Positions 32,502 to 45,312 of a DNA stretch of 64,000 bases are shown in pieces. The notes beneath the pieces were generated by a model. That model did no database searches and was not told the DNA's origin. It was given only the letters and a program-made list of their open reading frames with translations. Position 1 is the first letter of the stretch, and each line of letters begins with the position of its first letter. Origin of the DNA: an uncultured delta proteobacterium (GTDB taxonomy: Bacteria > Myxococcota > UBA727 > VGSZ01); NCBI GenBank assembly GCA_963775425.1, contig CAVZJB010000016.1, positions 704,001 through 768,000 of the forward strand. The letters are read 5' to 3'. Made by a program: the position numbers and the translations under genes.

Positions 32502-33203
32502 TCAATTGGCGTTGCCGCCGGCCGCGCTCCGGCCCGAGCGGCCGCCGAGGAACCGGGAGCGCTCGTCGTCGCGCATCTTCTGGAAGGCGGCGCGCTGATC
32601 GTCGTCGTCGAGCACGGCGTCGGCGTTCTCGTCGGTCTTGTCGCGGACGGCGCGCAGCTTGTCGCGCAGGCCGGACCACTCGCCGCTGTCCCGCGCGTCG
32701 GCGAAGAGCTGCCGCATCTCGACGAGCTCGGCCTGGAGCATGGTCCCGAGCTGCGCGCGCTGATCGTCCGAGAGCTTGGCGTCGTCCTTGAGGGCGTCGA
32801 GCTCGCGATCCACGCGGGCCCGCTGCCGCTCCTCTCGCGCCTGCTGCCGCTCGTCGTCGATGCGCTTGAGCTCGCTGCGGACGAGGTCGGGGACGCGCCC
32901 CTCGGCCTCCTCCTCGGCGTCGCTCCCCGCGGCCGCCGCCGCGCCCGGAGCCTGTGGCGGGGCGGCGGCGGAGCCGACCGCGCCGGGCCTGCGCGCGGGG
33001 AAGAAGCGCGCCCCCGGGTCCGCGTCGTCGTCGGCGCGCTCGGCGGCCTGGCCGCGCTCCCGGTCCGCGCGCGCGGGCTGTGCCGCCGCGGGGGGCGCCT
33101 GCTCGAGCGCGGTGATGCGCTTTTGGGCGTTGTAGACCTGCATGGTGAGCGCGGCCACGGCGACGGCGAGAACGGCAGAGGCGACGGAGATGAGACGGAG
33201 CAT
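32502..33203 (-). CDS. Hypothetical membrane-anchored helical protein (Spy/LTXXQ-like repeats)
   Basis: N-terminal TM; LSDDQ and VLDDDDQRAAF segments. Confidence 0.7.
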   Translation of the reverse strand: MLRLISVASAVLAVAVAALTMQVYNAQKRITALEQAPPAAAQPARADRERGQAAERADDDADPGARFFPARRPGAVGSAAAPPQAPGAAAAAGSDAEEEAEGRVPDLVRSELKRIDDERQQAREERQRARVDRELDALKDDAKLSDDQRAQLGTMLQAELVEMRQLFADARDSGEWSGLRDKLRAVRDKTDENADAVLDDDDQRAAFQKMRDDERSRFLGGRSGRSAAGGNAN

Positions 33204-33365
33204 GCGAGACGACACCCGGCGGCGAGGCCGCGCAAAAAGGACCGGAAAGCCCGGCCGGCGCGCGTGAGGATGCGCGAGGCCGCGGCCGGCGTCCACCGGA
33301 TCCACGTGGCGGCGTGAATCGCACCTGTGGCAGCCGCGTCTTGAGCGGCCATCACAGGAGCTCCT

Positions 33366-34063
33366 TTGACAACCACCCGCGCCGTCGTCGTCACCGCCCT
33401 CGCCACCGCCGTCCTCGTCCTCGGCGGCTGCTTCTCCCCCTGGCTCAAGCGCGCGTCGGGGACGCCGCCGCAGAAGCCCTCGCCGGTGCTCGTCGCCGGC
33501 TTCGTCGTGCACTTCGACGACAACGGCGAAAAGAAGTCGCTCCTCGAGGCCGCCACCGACGTCGCGCAGAACGCGGGCCTCGACGAGCTCGGCAAGAAGG
33601 CCACCGGCCTGCTCGCCGACGCCCTCGCCTCCCGCGGCTACACCGCCAGCTACGACGGCGCGCGGGCGAGGAAGCTCGACGCCGTCGAGATCTCGAGCAA
33701 CGCCGGCACCGCCGCGCTCACGGGCCAGTGGCGCCACCCCGACGCGTCGTATTGGACGCCGCAGCAGGTGGACTCGCTGTTCGTGAAGCCCGCCGACATC
33801 GTCGGCAAGCTCAGGGTCGAGGGGCAAAAGGAGTACTTCGCCTTCGCCGACATCAGCATCGCCGACGCGGGCATCCTCTTCAAAGACCCCGTCGTCATCG
33901 TGCGCACCGCCGTCTACGATCAGGACGCGAACAAGGTGCTCGACCTCGGCGGCCTCGGCGAGGGCAAGAGCGGCTTGTTCATCTCGGATCGCTCGCCGCA
34001 GAACCTCGAGGCGGCGCTGCAAAGGGCGTTCGACTCGGTCACCGCCGCGGCCGAACAGCCCAT

Positions 34064-34067
<4 letters not shown>
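33366..34067 (+). CDS. Hypothetical lipoprotein
   Basis: VLGGC lipobox; TTG start after AGGAG. Confidence 0.8.
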
Positions 34068-35446
<1,379 letters not shown>

Positions 35447-35547
35447 ACCTGGATGTAGCGTTCGCGCGCGCCGCCGTCTTCGCACGTCGTGCGCCCGCGG
35501 GGGGGCGCGCTCGGCGACGGCCCTTGGCACCCCGAGGTGCGCCGCGA

Positions 35548-38331
35548 TCACTCGTCGCGGGCGTCGTCGACGAGGGCGGCGAGGGTGTTCATGGCCTCGA
35601 GGGGCGTCATGCGCAGGACGTCGAGCTCCTTGAGCCGCGCCCGCAGGTGCAAGGCGGCTTCGCTGCCGGGCGGCGCGCGGTCCTCGGGGGCGGACGGCGG
35701 CGAAAACAGCGACATCTGCGGCGCCGCGCGGCCCGGGCCGGCAGCGTGCGGGCGCGGGACCGGCGCGGCCGCGTCGACGACGAGCGTTCCCTCGAGCGAC
35801 GCGAGCACCTCGCGCGCCCGCTTCAACACCGCCGGCGGAAGCCCCGCCAGCCGCGCGACCTGGATGCCGTAGCTCTGCTCGGCCGGTCCGTCGGCGAGGG
35901 TGCGGACGAAGACGATCTCGTCGTTCCACTCTTTGACGACGATGTGCACGTTCTTCAGGCGCGGCAGGTGCTCCTCGAGCTGCACGAGCTCGTGGTAGTG
36001 CGTGGCGAACAGCGTTCGGCTGCCGGTGACCTCGTGGATGTGCTCCGCCACCGCCCACGCGATGGACAAGCCGTCGTAGGTGCTCGTCCCGCGGCCGATC
36101 TCGTCGAGGAGCACCAGCGAATGCGGGGTGGCCGCGCGCAGGATGTGGCTGGTCTCCGTCATCTCCACCATGAAGGTCGAGCGTCCCTGAGCGAGGTCGT
36201 CGCTGGCGCCGACGCGCGTGAAGATGCGATCGCACACGGACAGCTCCGCGCTCCGGGCCGGGACGAAGGAGCCCGCCTGCGCGAGCAACTGGATGAGCGC
36301 CACCTGCCGCATCATCGTCGACTTGCCCGCCATGTTCGGCCCGGTGACGACGAGGATCTGCCGTTCATCTCCGGACAGCTCCACGCTCGAAGGCACGTAC
36401 GGCTCGCCGCGCTTCTGCGCCGCGCGCTCCACCACGGGGTGGCGCGCGTCCACCAGCGCCAGCCGCCGCTCTTCCTTCTTCACCAGCGAGGGCCGGCACC
36501 AACGCTCGGCGGCGGCCACCTCGGCGAGGGAGACGGAGCAGTCGACGTCGGCGACGCGCTCGGCGAGCGACAACAGGCGCTTGCTCTCCGCGGCGACGCG
36601 CGCGAGCAGGTCCTCGAAGAGCTCCGCCTCGCGCGCCGCGTGCCTCGCCTCCGCCCCCTCCACCTGGTCCTCGAGGGCCGCGAGCTCCTCGGTGACGTAG
36701 CGCTCGCCGTTGGCCACCGTCTGCTTGCGCTTGTACCGCTCGGGGACCTTCTGCAGGTGCGAGCGCGTGACCTCGATGTAGTAGCCGAAGACGCTCGTGT
36801 AGCGGACCTTGAGCGTCGGGATGCCCGTCGCCTTGCGCTCCTCCTCCTCGAGCGCGGCGATGCGTCCGCGGCCGCCGCCGGCGGCGTCGCCGAGCTCGTC
36901 GAGCGCGGCGTCGTGGCCCTTGGCGACGACGGGGCCGGCGCCGAGCGACGTCGCCGGCTCGTCGACGAGGGCGCGGTCGAGGAGCGCGCGCAGGTCATCG
37001 AGGGCGGCGCCCCAGCCGTCCCCGACGCTGTCGTCGGCCGCGCCCCACGCGGCGATGTCCGGCGCGGCGCGGAGCGCGGCGCGCAGGCGCATCAGATCGC
37101 GCGGCGAGGCGCGCCGTGCGGCGGCGCGGGCGACGAGGCGCTCGACGTCGGGAAACCCGGTGAGCGTATCGAGCAGCGCGGCGCGCCGGGCGGGATCGTC
37201 GACGAACGCCTGCACGCGATCGAGCCGCGTCTGCACGACGTCGAGGTCCGCCGACGGCGCGACGAGAGTGCGCAGGAGGCGGCGGCCGCCGGCGGCGGTC
37301 CTCGTGCGGTCGACGACGTGAAGGAGCGTCCCGTCCTTGCGCAGCTCGCCGGGCGGCCCGGTGACCGCGAGGTGCGCGCGCGTGACGGGATCGAGCAGGA
37401 GCTGGTCGTCGACGACGAACGCGCGCGGCGGCAGGAGGTGCGACGGCAGCTTGCCCTGCCCCGTCTCGCGCACGTACTCGAGCGCGAGCTCGCACGCGAG
37501 GAGCGCGTGGCGCTTTCCGGCGAGCCACGCGTCGGGGGCGCCCAGGGCGTCGACGAGCGGGTGCCGCGCGGGCGCCGCGCGGCTCTCGGTGCGCACGCCC
37601 GGCAGCCTGCCGTCGAGGGCGGCGCGCACGGGGGCGAGCATGGTGTCGTCGACGACGACCTCGCGAGGCGACAGGCGCGACAGCTCGTCGACGAGGGCCT
37701 GCTCACCCGGGACGAGGGTGGCGAGCATCTCGCCGGTGGAGACGTCGAGCGCGCACAGCCCGAAGCCGTCGTCGACGCTGCCGGCGACGACGACGCCGGC
37801 GAGGAAGTTGTTGGCGCGCGCCTCGAGGCTCTCGTCCTCGAGCACCATGCCGGGGGTGACGATGCGGGTGACGTCGCGCTTGACGATGCCCTTGGCGAGC
37901 GCGGGGTCCTCGAGCTGATCGCAGACGGCGACCTTGAGGCCGGCGGCGATGAGCTTGGCGATGTAGACGGGCGCCTGCGGGTGCGGGAAGCCCGCCATGG
38001 GCATGGCGTCGTCACCCTTGTCGCGATCGCGGGTGGTGACGGCGAGGTCGAGCACCCGGCCGCCGAGCACGGCGTCGTCGTGGAACAGCTCGTAGAAGTC
38101 TCCCATGCGAAACAGCAGCACCGCGTCCTTGGCCTTGGCCTTGGCCTCGAGCCACTGCTTGAGCATGGGCGTGACGCGCGCCGACGGCGGCAGGCTGACG
38201 CCGGCGGCGGCGATGAGGGCGGCGTCCTCCGCCTTCTCCGCCCCGTTGGCGCCGCGCGGGCGGCGGCGGCCCCCCTTGTCGGGCGCCGCGGTGCCACCGG
38301 GAGGTGCGGCCGCGCCGCGATCGTCCGCCAT
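35548..38331 (-). CDS. mutS: DNA mismatch repair protein MutS
   Basis: [50 protein letters not shown]. Confidence 0.98.
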   Translation of the reverse strand: MADDRGAAAPPGGTAAPDKGGRRRPRGANGAEKAEDAALIAAAGVSLPPSARVTPMLKQWLEAKAKAKDAVLLFRMGDFYELFHDDAVLGGRVLDLAVTTRDRDKGDDAMPMAGFPHPQAPVYIAKLIAAGLKVAVCDQLEDPALAKGIVKRDVTRIVTPGMVLEDESLEARANNFLAGVVVAGSVDDGFGLCALDVSTGEMLATLVPGEQALVDELSRLSPREVVVDDTMLAPVRAALDGRLPGVRTESRAAPARHPLVDALGAPDAWLAGKRHALLACELALEYVRETGQGKLPSHLLPPRAFVVDDQLLLDPVTRAHLAVTGPPGELRKDGTLLHVVDRTRTAAGGRRLLRTLVAPSADLDVVQTRLDRVQAFVDDPARRAALLDTLTGFPDVERLVARAAARRASPRDLMRLRAALRAAPDIAAWGAADDSVGDGWGAALDDLRALLDRALVDEPATSLGAGPVVAKGHDAALDELGDAAGGGRGRIAALEEEERKATGIPTLKVRYTSVFGYYIEVTRSHLQKVPERYKRKQTVANGERYVTEELAALEDQVEGAEARHAAREAELFEDLLARVAAESKRLLSLAERVADVDCSVSLAEVAAAERWCRPSLVKKEERRLALVDARHPVVERAAQKRGEPYVPSSVELSGDERQILVVTGPNMAGKSTMMRQVALIQLLAQAGSFVPARSAELSVCDRIFTRVGASDDLAQGRSTFMVEMTETSHILRAATPHSLVLLDEIGRGTSTYDGLSIAWAVAEHIHEVTGSRTLFATHYHELVQLEEHLPRLKNVHIVVKEWNDEIVFVRTLADGPAEQSYGIQVARLAGLPPAVLKRAREVLASLEGTLVVDAAAPVPRPHAAGPGRAAPQMSLFSPPSAPEDRAPPGSEAALHLRARLKELDVLRMTPLEAMNTLAALVDDARDE

Positions 38332-38387
38332 CGCGCTCGACCGTTAGTGCATTGCAGCGGCCGCGTCGACGCGGCATCGGCGCGACG

Positions 38388-38723
38388 ATGACCTCGTTGA
38401 CCCCGAAGCAGCGCACGTTCCTCCAGGCCCTGGCGCACGACAAGAAGCCCATCGTGCTCGTCGGGCACAAGGGGATCTCCGACGCCGTCGTGAAGGAGAC
38501 ACAGGGGGCGCTCCTCGCGCACGAGCTCATCAAGGTCCGCCTCGCGGCGGCGGAGGAGGGCGGCAGCCTCGACGACGACGCCACCGCGCTCGCCGAACGC
38601 TCCGGCGCCGCGCTCGTCGCCCGCCTCGGCCGCGTCGTCATCCTCTATCGGCGGCACCCCGACACGCCGCGGATCAAGCTGCCGAAGCCGAAGAAGGGCT
38701 TGTTCGACGTCACCGGCGGGTGA
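38388..38723 (+). CDS. yhbY: YhbY/CRM RNA-binding protein
   Basis: LTPKQRTFLQALAH, VGHKG, HELIKV, GRVVILYR. Confidence 0.92.
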   Translation: MTSLTPKQRTFLQALAHDKKPIVLVGHKGISDAVVKETQGALLAHELIKVRLAAAEEGGSLDDDATALAERSGAALVARLGRVVILYRRHPDTPRIKLPKPKKGLFDVTGG

Positions 38724-38859
38724 GGCCGCCCGGAACGCACGACGACGCTCCACGCAGCGCCTAGGGCGGGTGTCGTAGCGCGACGCGGGGACGGCGAAGC
38801 GACGACGGCGGCGGCGGCGGGGCGCCCCGATAACGCACTCGACACACACGAGGTGCCCG

Positions 38860-40449
38860 GTGCGCATCGCCATCGTCTTCGCCGTCGTCGCGCTCGCCGC
38901 CTGCCAGGGCGAACCCCTGCAAGCGCTCGTCCCCGCCATCGCCATCGGCGACCCCATCGACCCGGCGGCGTCCGTCTGCGCCACCGCCCGCGTCCGCGAC
39001 TGCCGCGCGGACCTGGGCGACGTCGTCGCCGGCGCCTCCGCGCTGCTCTCGTTCACGATCGAGGACCCCTCGCGCACGGGCCTCCGCGTGCAGAGCGTCA
39101 CGATCACCGGCTCGCCGAGCTTCGCCCTCGAGGGCGTCATCCCCGGCGACGTCGAGCCCGGCGAGCACGCCGTCGTCACCGTGCGCTTCACCCCCGCCGC
39201 CGCCACCGACGAGAGCGCCGAGATCGTCGTCAAGAGCGACGCCGGCAACCTCGATCCCGGTGCGGACGTCGTCATCGACGTCGCCGGCCGCGGCGTGGAC
39301 GCCGGCGCCCCCGCCGTCGCCGTCGAGCCCGGCGCCTGCGACTTCGGCCCGGTCGGCCTCGGCGCCCGCGCCTTGTGCGCGCTCTCGATCGCCAACACCG
39401 GCACCCGGGCGCTCCGCGTCAGCGGGCTCGACCTCGACGACGGCGGCGTCTTCAGCGTCGACGCCGCGCCGACGCTCCCCGCCGACATCCAACCGGGCAC
39501 CGCGGTGACCGCCAGCTTCGCCGCCGTCCCCGTCGACGTGGACGCGCGAACGGGCACCCTCCACGTCGCGAGCGACGACCCCGAGCGTCCCGTCGTCGAC
39601 GTCCCCTTCGTCGTGCGCGGCGCCGAAGCGCCCACCGCCGTCGCGCGGGTCGCGCGCATCAACGGCACCGACAACGCGTCGAGCACGCCCGCGGTGGAGC
39701 CGCTCGACGACGTGGTGCTGAGCGGCGACCAGAGCGCCGGCTACGGCGGGGCCCTCGTGACCGCCTGGCACTGGACGCTCCTCGAAAAGCCCGCGGAGTC
39801 GTCGGTGGTCCTGTCCGCGCCGGACGCCGTGGAGACCGGCTTCGTGTTCTCGAGCGCCGCGGGCGACGTCTCCGGCGTCGACGTCGCCGGCACCTTCCGC
39901 GTCGGCCTCACCGTCACCGACTCCACCGGCGCCGTCTCCCAAAACGACGCCGCCGTCACCCTCAACGCGGTGCCCACCGAGGGGCTGCACCTCCAGCTCA
40001 CCTGGAGCGTGGACGAGGACGATCTCGACCTGCACCTCGGGCGCGACATCCCCGTGGACTGGTGCGGCCACGACGACTGCTACTACGGCAACTGCGAGGG
40101 CTCGGCGCTCGACTGGGACGGCCCCGGCAGCCACGCGGGCGACCCCACCCTCGACATCGACGACACCCGCGGCTTCGGCCCCGAGAACATCAGCATCGAC
40201 GCCCCCGTCGACGGCAACTACGTCATCGTCGTTCACGCCTACGACGGCAATGGCGGCGCACCCGGCTTCGCGCCCGCGGACGTGACGGTGAAGGTCTTCG
40301 TGGGCGGCGCCCTGGTGCAACAGTTCCTCGGCCACCTCGACGCGAGGAACCAGTTCTGGCACGTGGCCCGCATCGACGTCGCCGGCGGCCAGGTCTCGAT
40401 CACGCCCGTCGATCATATCGGCGGAACGCCGTCGGCGTGCGCGAGCTGA
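38860..40449 (+). CDS. Lipoprotein: two ASH/choice-of-anchor-D Ig domains, PKD-like domain, YfaP-like C-terminal domain
   Basis: LAAC lipobox; DFGPV..IANTG..L.V; SDDPERP; LTW..DDLDLHL...LDIDDTRGFGPENI...GNYVIVVHAY. Confidence 0.78.
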   Translation: MRIAIVFAVVALAACQGEPLQALVPAIAIGDPIDPAASVCATARVRDCRADLGDVVAGASALLSFTIEDPSRTGLRVQSVTITGSPSFALEGVIPGDVEPGEHAVVTVRFTPAAATDESAEIVVKSDAGNLDPGADVVIDVAGRGVDAGAPAVAVEPGACDFGPVGLGARALCALSIANTGTRALRVSGLDLDDGGVFSVDAAPTLPADIQPGTAVTASFAAVPVDVDARTGTLHVASDDPERPVVDVPFVVRGAEAPTAVARVARINGTDNASSTPAVEPLDDVVLSGDQSAGYGGALVTAWHWTLLEKPAESSVVLSAPDAVETGFVFSSAAGDVSGVDVAGTFRVGLTVTDSTGAVSQNDAAVTLNAVPTEGLHLQLTWSVDEDDLDLHLGRDIPVDWCGHDDCYYGNCEGSALDWDGPGSHAGDPTLDIDDTRGFGPENISIDAPVDGNYVIVVHAYDGNGGAPGFAPADVTVKVFVGGALVQQFLGHLDARNQFWHVARIDVAGGQVSITPVDHIGGTPSACAS

Positions 40450-40467
40450 CCCCACGTCGGGATCGGC

Positions 40468-41658
40468 TCAGTGGCGGTGCTCCATCAGGCGCTTGGCCTG
40501 GATCTGCACCTGCGAGGGGATCTGCTTGGAGCGCGCGAGCGAGCGGAGATCGTTCTGGCGCAGCAGGGGCAGCCAACGCATCACCAGCGTCGGCGGCGTC
40601 TTGGGGTTCTGCACGAGGTTGTATTTGACGGCGTAGCTCTTGGTCCAATCGCCGTTGTTGCAGATGAAGCGGATGACGTCTTCGTGCATGGACCGCGAAC
40701 GGGAGATCTTGACGACGTCGTTGTCCTTGATCTTCGGGTTGCGGATGCCGGCGCCGGCCACCATGCGGTTGGGTGAGGTGAGCGCCTCCACCGCGCGGGC
40801 GTGGCTGCCCGTGAGGGCCAGCTTGATCTGCACGGGGAGCTTGTACGCGAACAGCGAGCCGCCCACGTCGTCGACGGAGTGCTCCGGGCTCTTGCCCTCG
40901 GCGATGGCGTCGAGGAGCTCTTCGTTGGCCTCCGCCTCGTCACCGAAGATGAGCTGCTCGGGCGTGAGCCCCTGCGCGTCGAGCTTGGCCTGCTGCTTGG
41001 GGGTGAGGTCGTCGCGGGTGACCCTCACCTTCTTGATGGCCTCGAGCATCTCGCTCTTGCCGAGGCGCAGGAAGCTGTCCTCGAACTCGGACATGTCGTC
41101 GAGGAAGACGCCTTCGCGGACGAGGAAGTCGATGGCGCGGTCGAGGTCGGAGCGCAGGCACTTGGGGTTCTTCTGGAGCCCGCGGACGATGTCGTGCTCG
41201 CGGAGCAGGCGCTCCTGGTTCTCCAGGACGACGTTGATGATCTTCTCGTCGGACGCGTGGCGCGCGACGTAGACGAAGCCCTTGTCCGGCGTGGCCTTGT
41301 TGAGCAGCAGCCGCTCGACGGCGGCGAACTTGTCGACGAGCGTGTGGCAGAGCGCCTGCAGGAGCTGCGGCGGCGTCTGGGCGTCGGCGAGGAGGGGCGC
41401 GAGGAGCTTGTCGTCGAGGGTCCGGAAGGTCTTGGTGGCCGCCGCCGCGATCTTGGGGTCGGGGTCCATCATCAACTGGTAGATGATGGGCACGAGGTTC
41501 TTGGGGGGGATCGGCGCCATGGCCCGCGCCGCCATCATGCGCATGGGCGGCGGGCTGTTCGGGTCCATGCTCTTCGCGAACTGCTCCGGCACGGCGCCGG
41601 CGGGCAGCGGTTCGAGCGGAAGATCGTCCTGCGGGGCTGGTGCCGGCGCGTCGCTCAT
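40468..41658 (-). CDS. Hypothetical alpha-helical repeat protein
   Basis: GC3 bias; repeated NKATP/NPKC/NPKI/NPKTP helical repeat caps; QIKLALTG. Confidence 0.8.
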   Translation of the reverse strand: MSDAPAPAPQDDLPLEPLPAGAVPEQFAKSMDPNSPPPMRMMAARAMAPIPPKNLVPIIYQLMMDPDPKIAAAATKTFRTLDDKLLAPLLADAQTPPQLLQALCHTLVDKFAAVERLLLNKATPDKGFVYVARHASDEKIINVVLENQERLLREHDIVRGLQKNPKCLRSDLDRAIDFLVREGVFLDDMSEFEDSFLRLGKSEMLEAIKKVRVTRDDLTPKQQAKLDAQGLTPEQLIFGDEAEANEELLDAIAEGKSPEHSVDDVGGSLFAYKLPVQIKLALTGSHARAVEALTSPNRMVAGAGIRNPKIKDNDVVKISRSRSMHEDVIRFICNNGDWTKSYAVKYNLVQNPKTPPTLVMRWLPLLRQNDLRSLARSKQIPSQVQIQAKRLMEHRH

Positions 41659-41719
41659 GGTGAGAGGATGTACCGCGACGTGCGGCGAGGGCAATGCCGG
41701 CCGAGCGGCTCTCGAGACC

Positions 41720-42994
41720 TCACGTCCACTTCAAGTGGCTGTGCAAAAGGTCGCGCGCGATCTGATCAACGGTCGTGTTCTTCGCGTCCGCGAGGCGCCG
41801 GAGGGCCTCCAGGTCCGAGGCGCTGAGCTTGACGCGCAGCTCGCCGCCCTTGCCGGGGCGGCCGGGCGAAGTGCCGTGACCGTTTCCGTTCCGCGCGGAC
41901 GGCATCGCGCTGTCGGTGAGCGCGCGGCCGCCCACCTCCTCGAGCTCGAGGATCTCGTCCTCGTGGTCGACGCCGACGTCGCCCTCCGGCGGCCGCTGCG
42001 CGCGCGCCGAGCTCTCGCGCTGCTCCTTGTCCCGGATGAGCAGCTCCTTTTCGCGCTCGATCTCGTCGCCGAAGATCTGCTTGAGGAAGTTGGAGAGGTG
42101 GATGTTCGACGGGGTGAACTCGGACGACGCCAGGTACGTGTCGATGTCGAACTGCATCTCCCACGCCGACTGGTAGCGCTTCTCCTTGTCCTTCTCGAGC
42201 GATTTCATCAAAATACGTTCGACGGACTCGGGGACGTCTTCCTTGAAATAAGAAGGCGGGTAGATCTTGCCGTCAATGATTGACTTCAAGATGGCCATCT
42301 CGTTCTCGCCGGTGAACAGCTTGTACCCGGTGATCCACTCGTACACGACGGAGCCGAGGGCGAAGATGTCGCTGCGGGCGTCGAGCGGCGCGCCCATCGC
42401 CTGCTCGGGCGACATATAGCTCAGCTTCCCCTTGATCTCGCCGGCGCGCGTCTGCTCGATCTGCGTGTTGGCCTTGGCGATGCCGAAGTCGACGATCTTC
42501 ACCGTGCCGTTGAAGCCGACCAGGATGTTCTCGGGCGTGACGTCGCGGTGGACGACGTGCAGCGGGTTGCCGTAGGCGTCGGACTTGGTGTGCGCGTAGA
42601 ACAGGCCCTCGCAGACGTTGGACGCGATGCGCAGCGCGTAGATCATCGGGAACGGGATGCCCGCCTTTTCGGCCTTGGGGATGATGCGGGACATGTCGCG
42701 CCCGGAGATATACTCCATCGCGATGAAATATGAGTCATTGATGCGGCCCAAATCATAGATTTGGACGATATTTGGATGATTCAGTTGCGCCGCGAGCTTG
42801 GCCTCGTTGAGGAACATGCGCACGAAGTTCGGCTGCGACGAGAGGTGCGGCCGGATGCGCTTGATGCAGATGGTCTTCTCGAAGCCCTCGAGACCCTCCT
42901 GCCTCGCGAGGAAGATCTCGGCCATGCCGCCGACCGCGATGCGGTTCAGCAGGCTGTATTTGCCGAAGCGGGTGCCGCGGGGGCCCGTGCTCAC
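41720..42994 (-). CDS. Hanks-type Ser/Thr protein kinase with C-terminal RHH-like segment
   Basis: IAVGGMAEIF, HRDVTPEN, DFGIAK, YMSPE, DIFALG; no TM helix. Confidence 0.92.
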   Translation of the reverse strand: MSTGPRGTRFGKYSLLNRIAVGGMAEIFLARQEGLEGFEKTICIKRIRPHLSSQPNFVRMFLNEAKLAAQLNHPNIVQIYDLGRINDSYFIAMEYISGRDMSRIIPKAEKAGIPFPMIYALRIASNVCEGLFYAHTKSDAYGNPLHVVHRDVTPENILVGFNGTVKIVDFGIAKANTQIEQTRAGEIKGKLSYMSPEQAMGAPLDARSDIFALGSVVYEWITGYKLFTGENEMAILKSIIDGKIYPPSYFKEDVPESVERILMKSLEKDKEKRYQSAWEMQFDIDTYLASSEFTPSNIHLSNFLKQIFGDEIEREKELLIRDKEQRESSARAQRPPEGDVGVDHEDEILELEEVGGRALTDSAMPSARNGNGHGTSPGRPGKGGELRVKLSASDLEALRRLADAKNTTVDQIARDLLHSHLKWT

Positions 42995-43098
42995 GCGGCG
43001 CAGCCTAGCAGACCCGAGGCGCCGCGAGGGGCGCGGGGCCCCTCCCCGCCTGCGCCGGGGGATTGCACAGCGCCGCCGGGGCAAGAAGGCTGCGGGCC

Positions 43099-44391
43099 AT
43101 GGATCCCCTTCACGAGGCGCCGCTCGACGACGGCCGCCGGCCGCCGCACCCCTTCGTGTACACGCTGCTCATCGTGCCGTTCGGGGCGTCGAGCGGGTTC
43201 GTCACCGTGGCGCTCGCCTTCCTGGCCACCAAGAACGGCCTGACCGTCGAGCAGGGCGCCGGCCTCGTCGCCGCCAGCATCTTCCCCAACGTGTGGAAGT
43301 TCTTCTGGGCACCCATCGCCGACAAGACGCTCACGCGCAAGCGCTGGTACCTCATCGCCAACACCGTGGTCTCGGCGGCCATGTTCGGCATGGCCGTCGT
43401 CCCGCTCAAGGCGGAGACGCTGCCCCTCATCACCGTCATCGTCCTGGTGTCGAGCTTCGCGGCCACGTTCGTCGGCTTCTCGGTGGAGTCGCTCGTCGCG
43501 CACATCACGCCGGAGGCGCAGCGCGGCACCGTGAGCGGCTGGTTTCAGGCCGGCAACCTCGGCGGCGCCGGCATCGGCGGCGGGCTCGGCCTGTGGCTCC
43601 TCGAGGAGATGCCCGCGCCCTGGATCGGCGGCGTCGTCATCGCCGGCTTCTGCCTCGTCTGCTGCGCCGCCCTGCCCTTCGTGCGCGACGTGGGGGCCAC
43701 CCGCAGCGAGGGCAGCGTCCTGGCCTCGGTCAAGCACATCGGCGTCGACCTGTGGCAAGTCGTCAAGTCCCCGAACGGCATCCTCTGCGGCGTCCTGTGC
43801 ATCGTCCCCGTCGGCACCGGCGCGGCGCAGGCGGTGCTCGCGCAGGCGGAGGTCGCCAAGCACTGGGGCGCCGGCGCCCACGAGGTGGAGCTCGTGCAGG
43901 GCTTCCTCACCGGCACCATCTCCATGGTGGGCTGCCTCGCCGGCGGCACCGTGTGCTCCCGGTGGCTCAACGCCCGCGCCGCCTACGCCGTCTTCGGCGG
44001 GCTCATGGCCGCGTCCACGTTGGTGATGGCCTTCCTCCCCGCCACGGTCGGCGTCTACATCGGCTTCAACATCGTCTACGCGTTCATCGTCGGCCTCTGC
44101 TACGCCGCGTTCTCCGCGTTCGTGCTCGACGCCATCGGCGCCGGCCACGCCGCCACCAAGTACAACGGCTTCGCGTCGCTCTCGAACACACCCATCTGGT
44201 ACACCGGGCTCGTGCTCGCGGCGGCGCAGACCCACTTCGGCTCGCGCGGCATGCTCCTCACCGAGAGCGTCATGGGCGCCGCCGGCATCGCGGTCTTCGT
44301 CGTGGCAGCCACGGTGGTCTCGCGCTTCATCGCGGGGCGTCCGCCGGCGGTGACGCCGGACGGGACGCCGCCCATCAGCGCTGCGCCGTGA
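43099..44391 (+). CDS. MFS transporter (AmpG-like)
   Basis: ~12 TM; WKFFWAPIADK...RKRWY motif. Confidence 0.85.
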   Translation: MDPLHEAPLDDGRRPPHPFVYTLLIVPFGASSGFVTVALAFLATKNGLTVEQGAGLVAASIFPNVWKFFWAPIADKTLTRKRWYLIANTVVSAAMFGMAVVPLKAETLPLITVIVLVSSFAATFVGFSVESLVAHITPEAQRGTVSGWFQAGNLGGAGIGGGLGLWLLEEMPAPWIGGVVIAGFCLVCCAALPFVRDVGATRSEGSVLASVKHIGVDLWQVVKSPNGILCGVLCIVPVGTGAAQAVLAQAEVAKHWGAGAHEVELVQGFLTGTISMVGCLAGGTVCSRWLNARAAYAVFGGLMAASTLVMAFLPATVGVYIGFNIVYAFIVGLCYAAFSAFVLDAIGAGHAATKYNGFASLSNTPIWYTGLVLAAAQTHFGSRGMLLTESVMGAAGIAVFVVAATVVSRFIAGRPPAVTPDGTPPISAAP

Positions 44392-45259
44392 CGCCGGCGC
44401 CGAACTTCTCGTAGTTCACCAGCCACGCGGCGGCGTTCTTCACGTAGCGCGCGGTCCCCGCGGTCTCCCAGCCGAGGTACAGGCGCGTGAAGCCGCCGTC
44501 GAAGATGGCGCGCTTGCCGTCCTTCTCGTACACGGCGGTGACGAGGTTGCCGGCGCTGCCGTAGATGAGCGGCTTCAGCGACTGGTTCCGGTCGATGGTG
44601 GCGATGGTGACGCCCTCGAAGACGTTCTCGAGCCCCGTCGACAACAGGTGGTTCGCCAGCACGCCGACGTGGCCGCCCTTGTGCTGGACCGCCACGTTTT
44701 GGCCCCCGGGCACGTTGCCGTGCATCTGCACCCCGAGCAGCGCTTTGCCGACGGCGTTGGCGTCGCCGTAGTACGGGTCGTTGTCGCCCCAGATGTACAC
44801 GCCGTGGCCGGCGTCGAAGAACTCCTTGATGACCTTGATGTGCTCGTCGCTCAGGCGCCGATCGGCGTTGGAGATGATCCACAGCTCGCACGCCTTTTGG
44901 AGCTTCTCCTTCAGCTCCGCCGGCGACGGCGGCGTGTCGATCCAGCGGTACGTCGAGAAGCCCTTGTGCGCGAGCGCCGCCCGCGGCAGGTGGAAGTCGA
45001 AGCGCTCGCCCGTGTACAGCTGCAGGACCGCCACCGTCTGGCCGTCGAAGGCGCCGTCCACGGCGAGATCGTACTGGCTTCCCTGGGCGTTGCCGTAGGC
45101 GTCGTTCGCGGGCCGCACCCAGGTGGTGCGGGTCTCGATGGTGCCGTCCTCGAGCACCACCGTCTTGAGCGCGGGCGCCGGCGCCGGCGTGTTGTGGCCG
45201 GCGGTGGCGGTGTAGGGACCGGACGTCGCGAGGACGGCGAGGAGGGCGAGGGCGTGCAT
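44375..45259 (-). CDS. Secreted hypothetical protein, possible class I GATase-like fold
   Basis: Signal peptide; IKEFFDAGHGVYIWGDN; RAIFDGGFTRL; ARYVKNAAAWL. Confidence 0.7.
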   Translation of the reverse strand: MHALALLAVLATSGPYTATAGHNTPAPAPALKTVVLEDGTIETRTTWVRPANDAYGNAQGSQYDLAVDGAFDGQTVAVLQLYTGERFDFHLPRAALAHKGFSTYRWIDTPPSPAELKEKLQKACELWIISNADRRLSDEHIKVIKEFFDAGHGVYIWGDNDPYYGDANAVGKALLGVQMHGNVPGGQNVAVQHKGGHVGVLANHLLSTGLENVFEGVTIATIDRNQSLKPLIYGSAGNLVTAVYEKDGKRAIFDGGFTRLYLGWETAGTARYVKNAAAWLVNYEKFGAGVTAQR

Positions 45260-45312
45260 GGCCTCACGAAACGTCCCGCCCGGCGAGACGATCTGCGCGC
45301 GCGCATGCGGGA

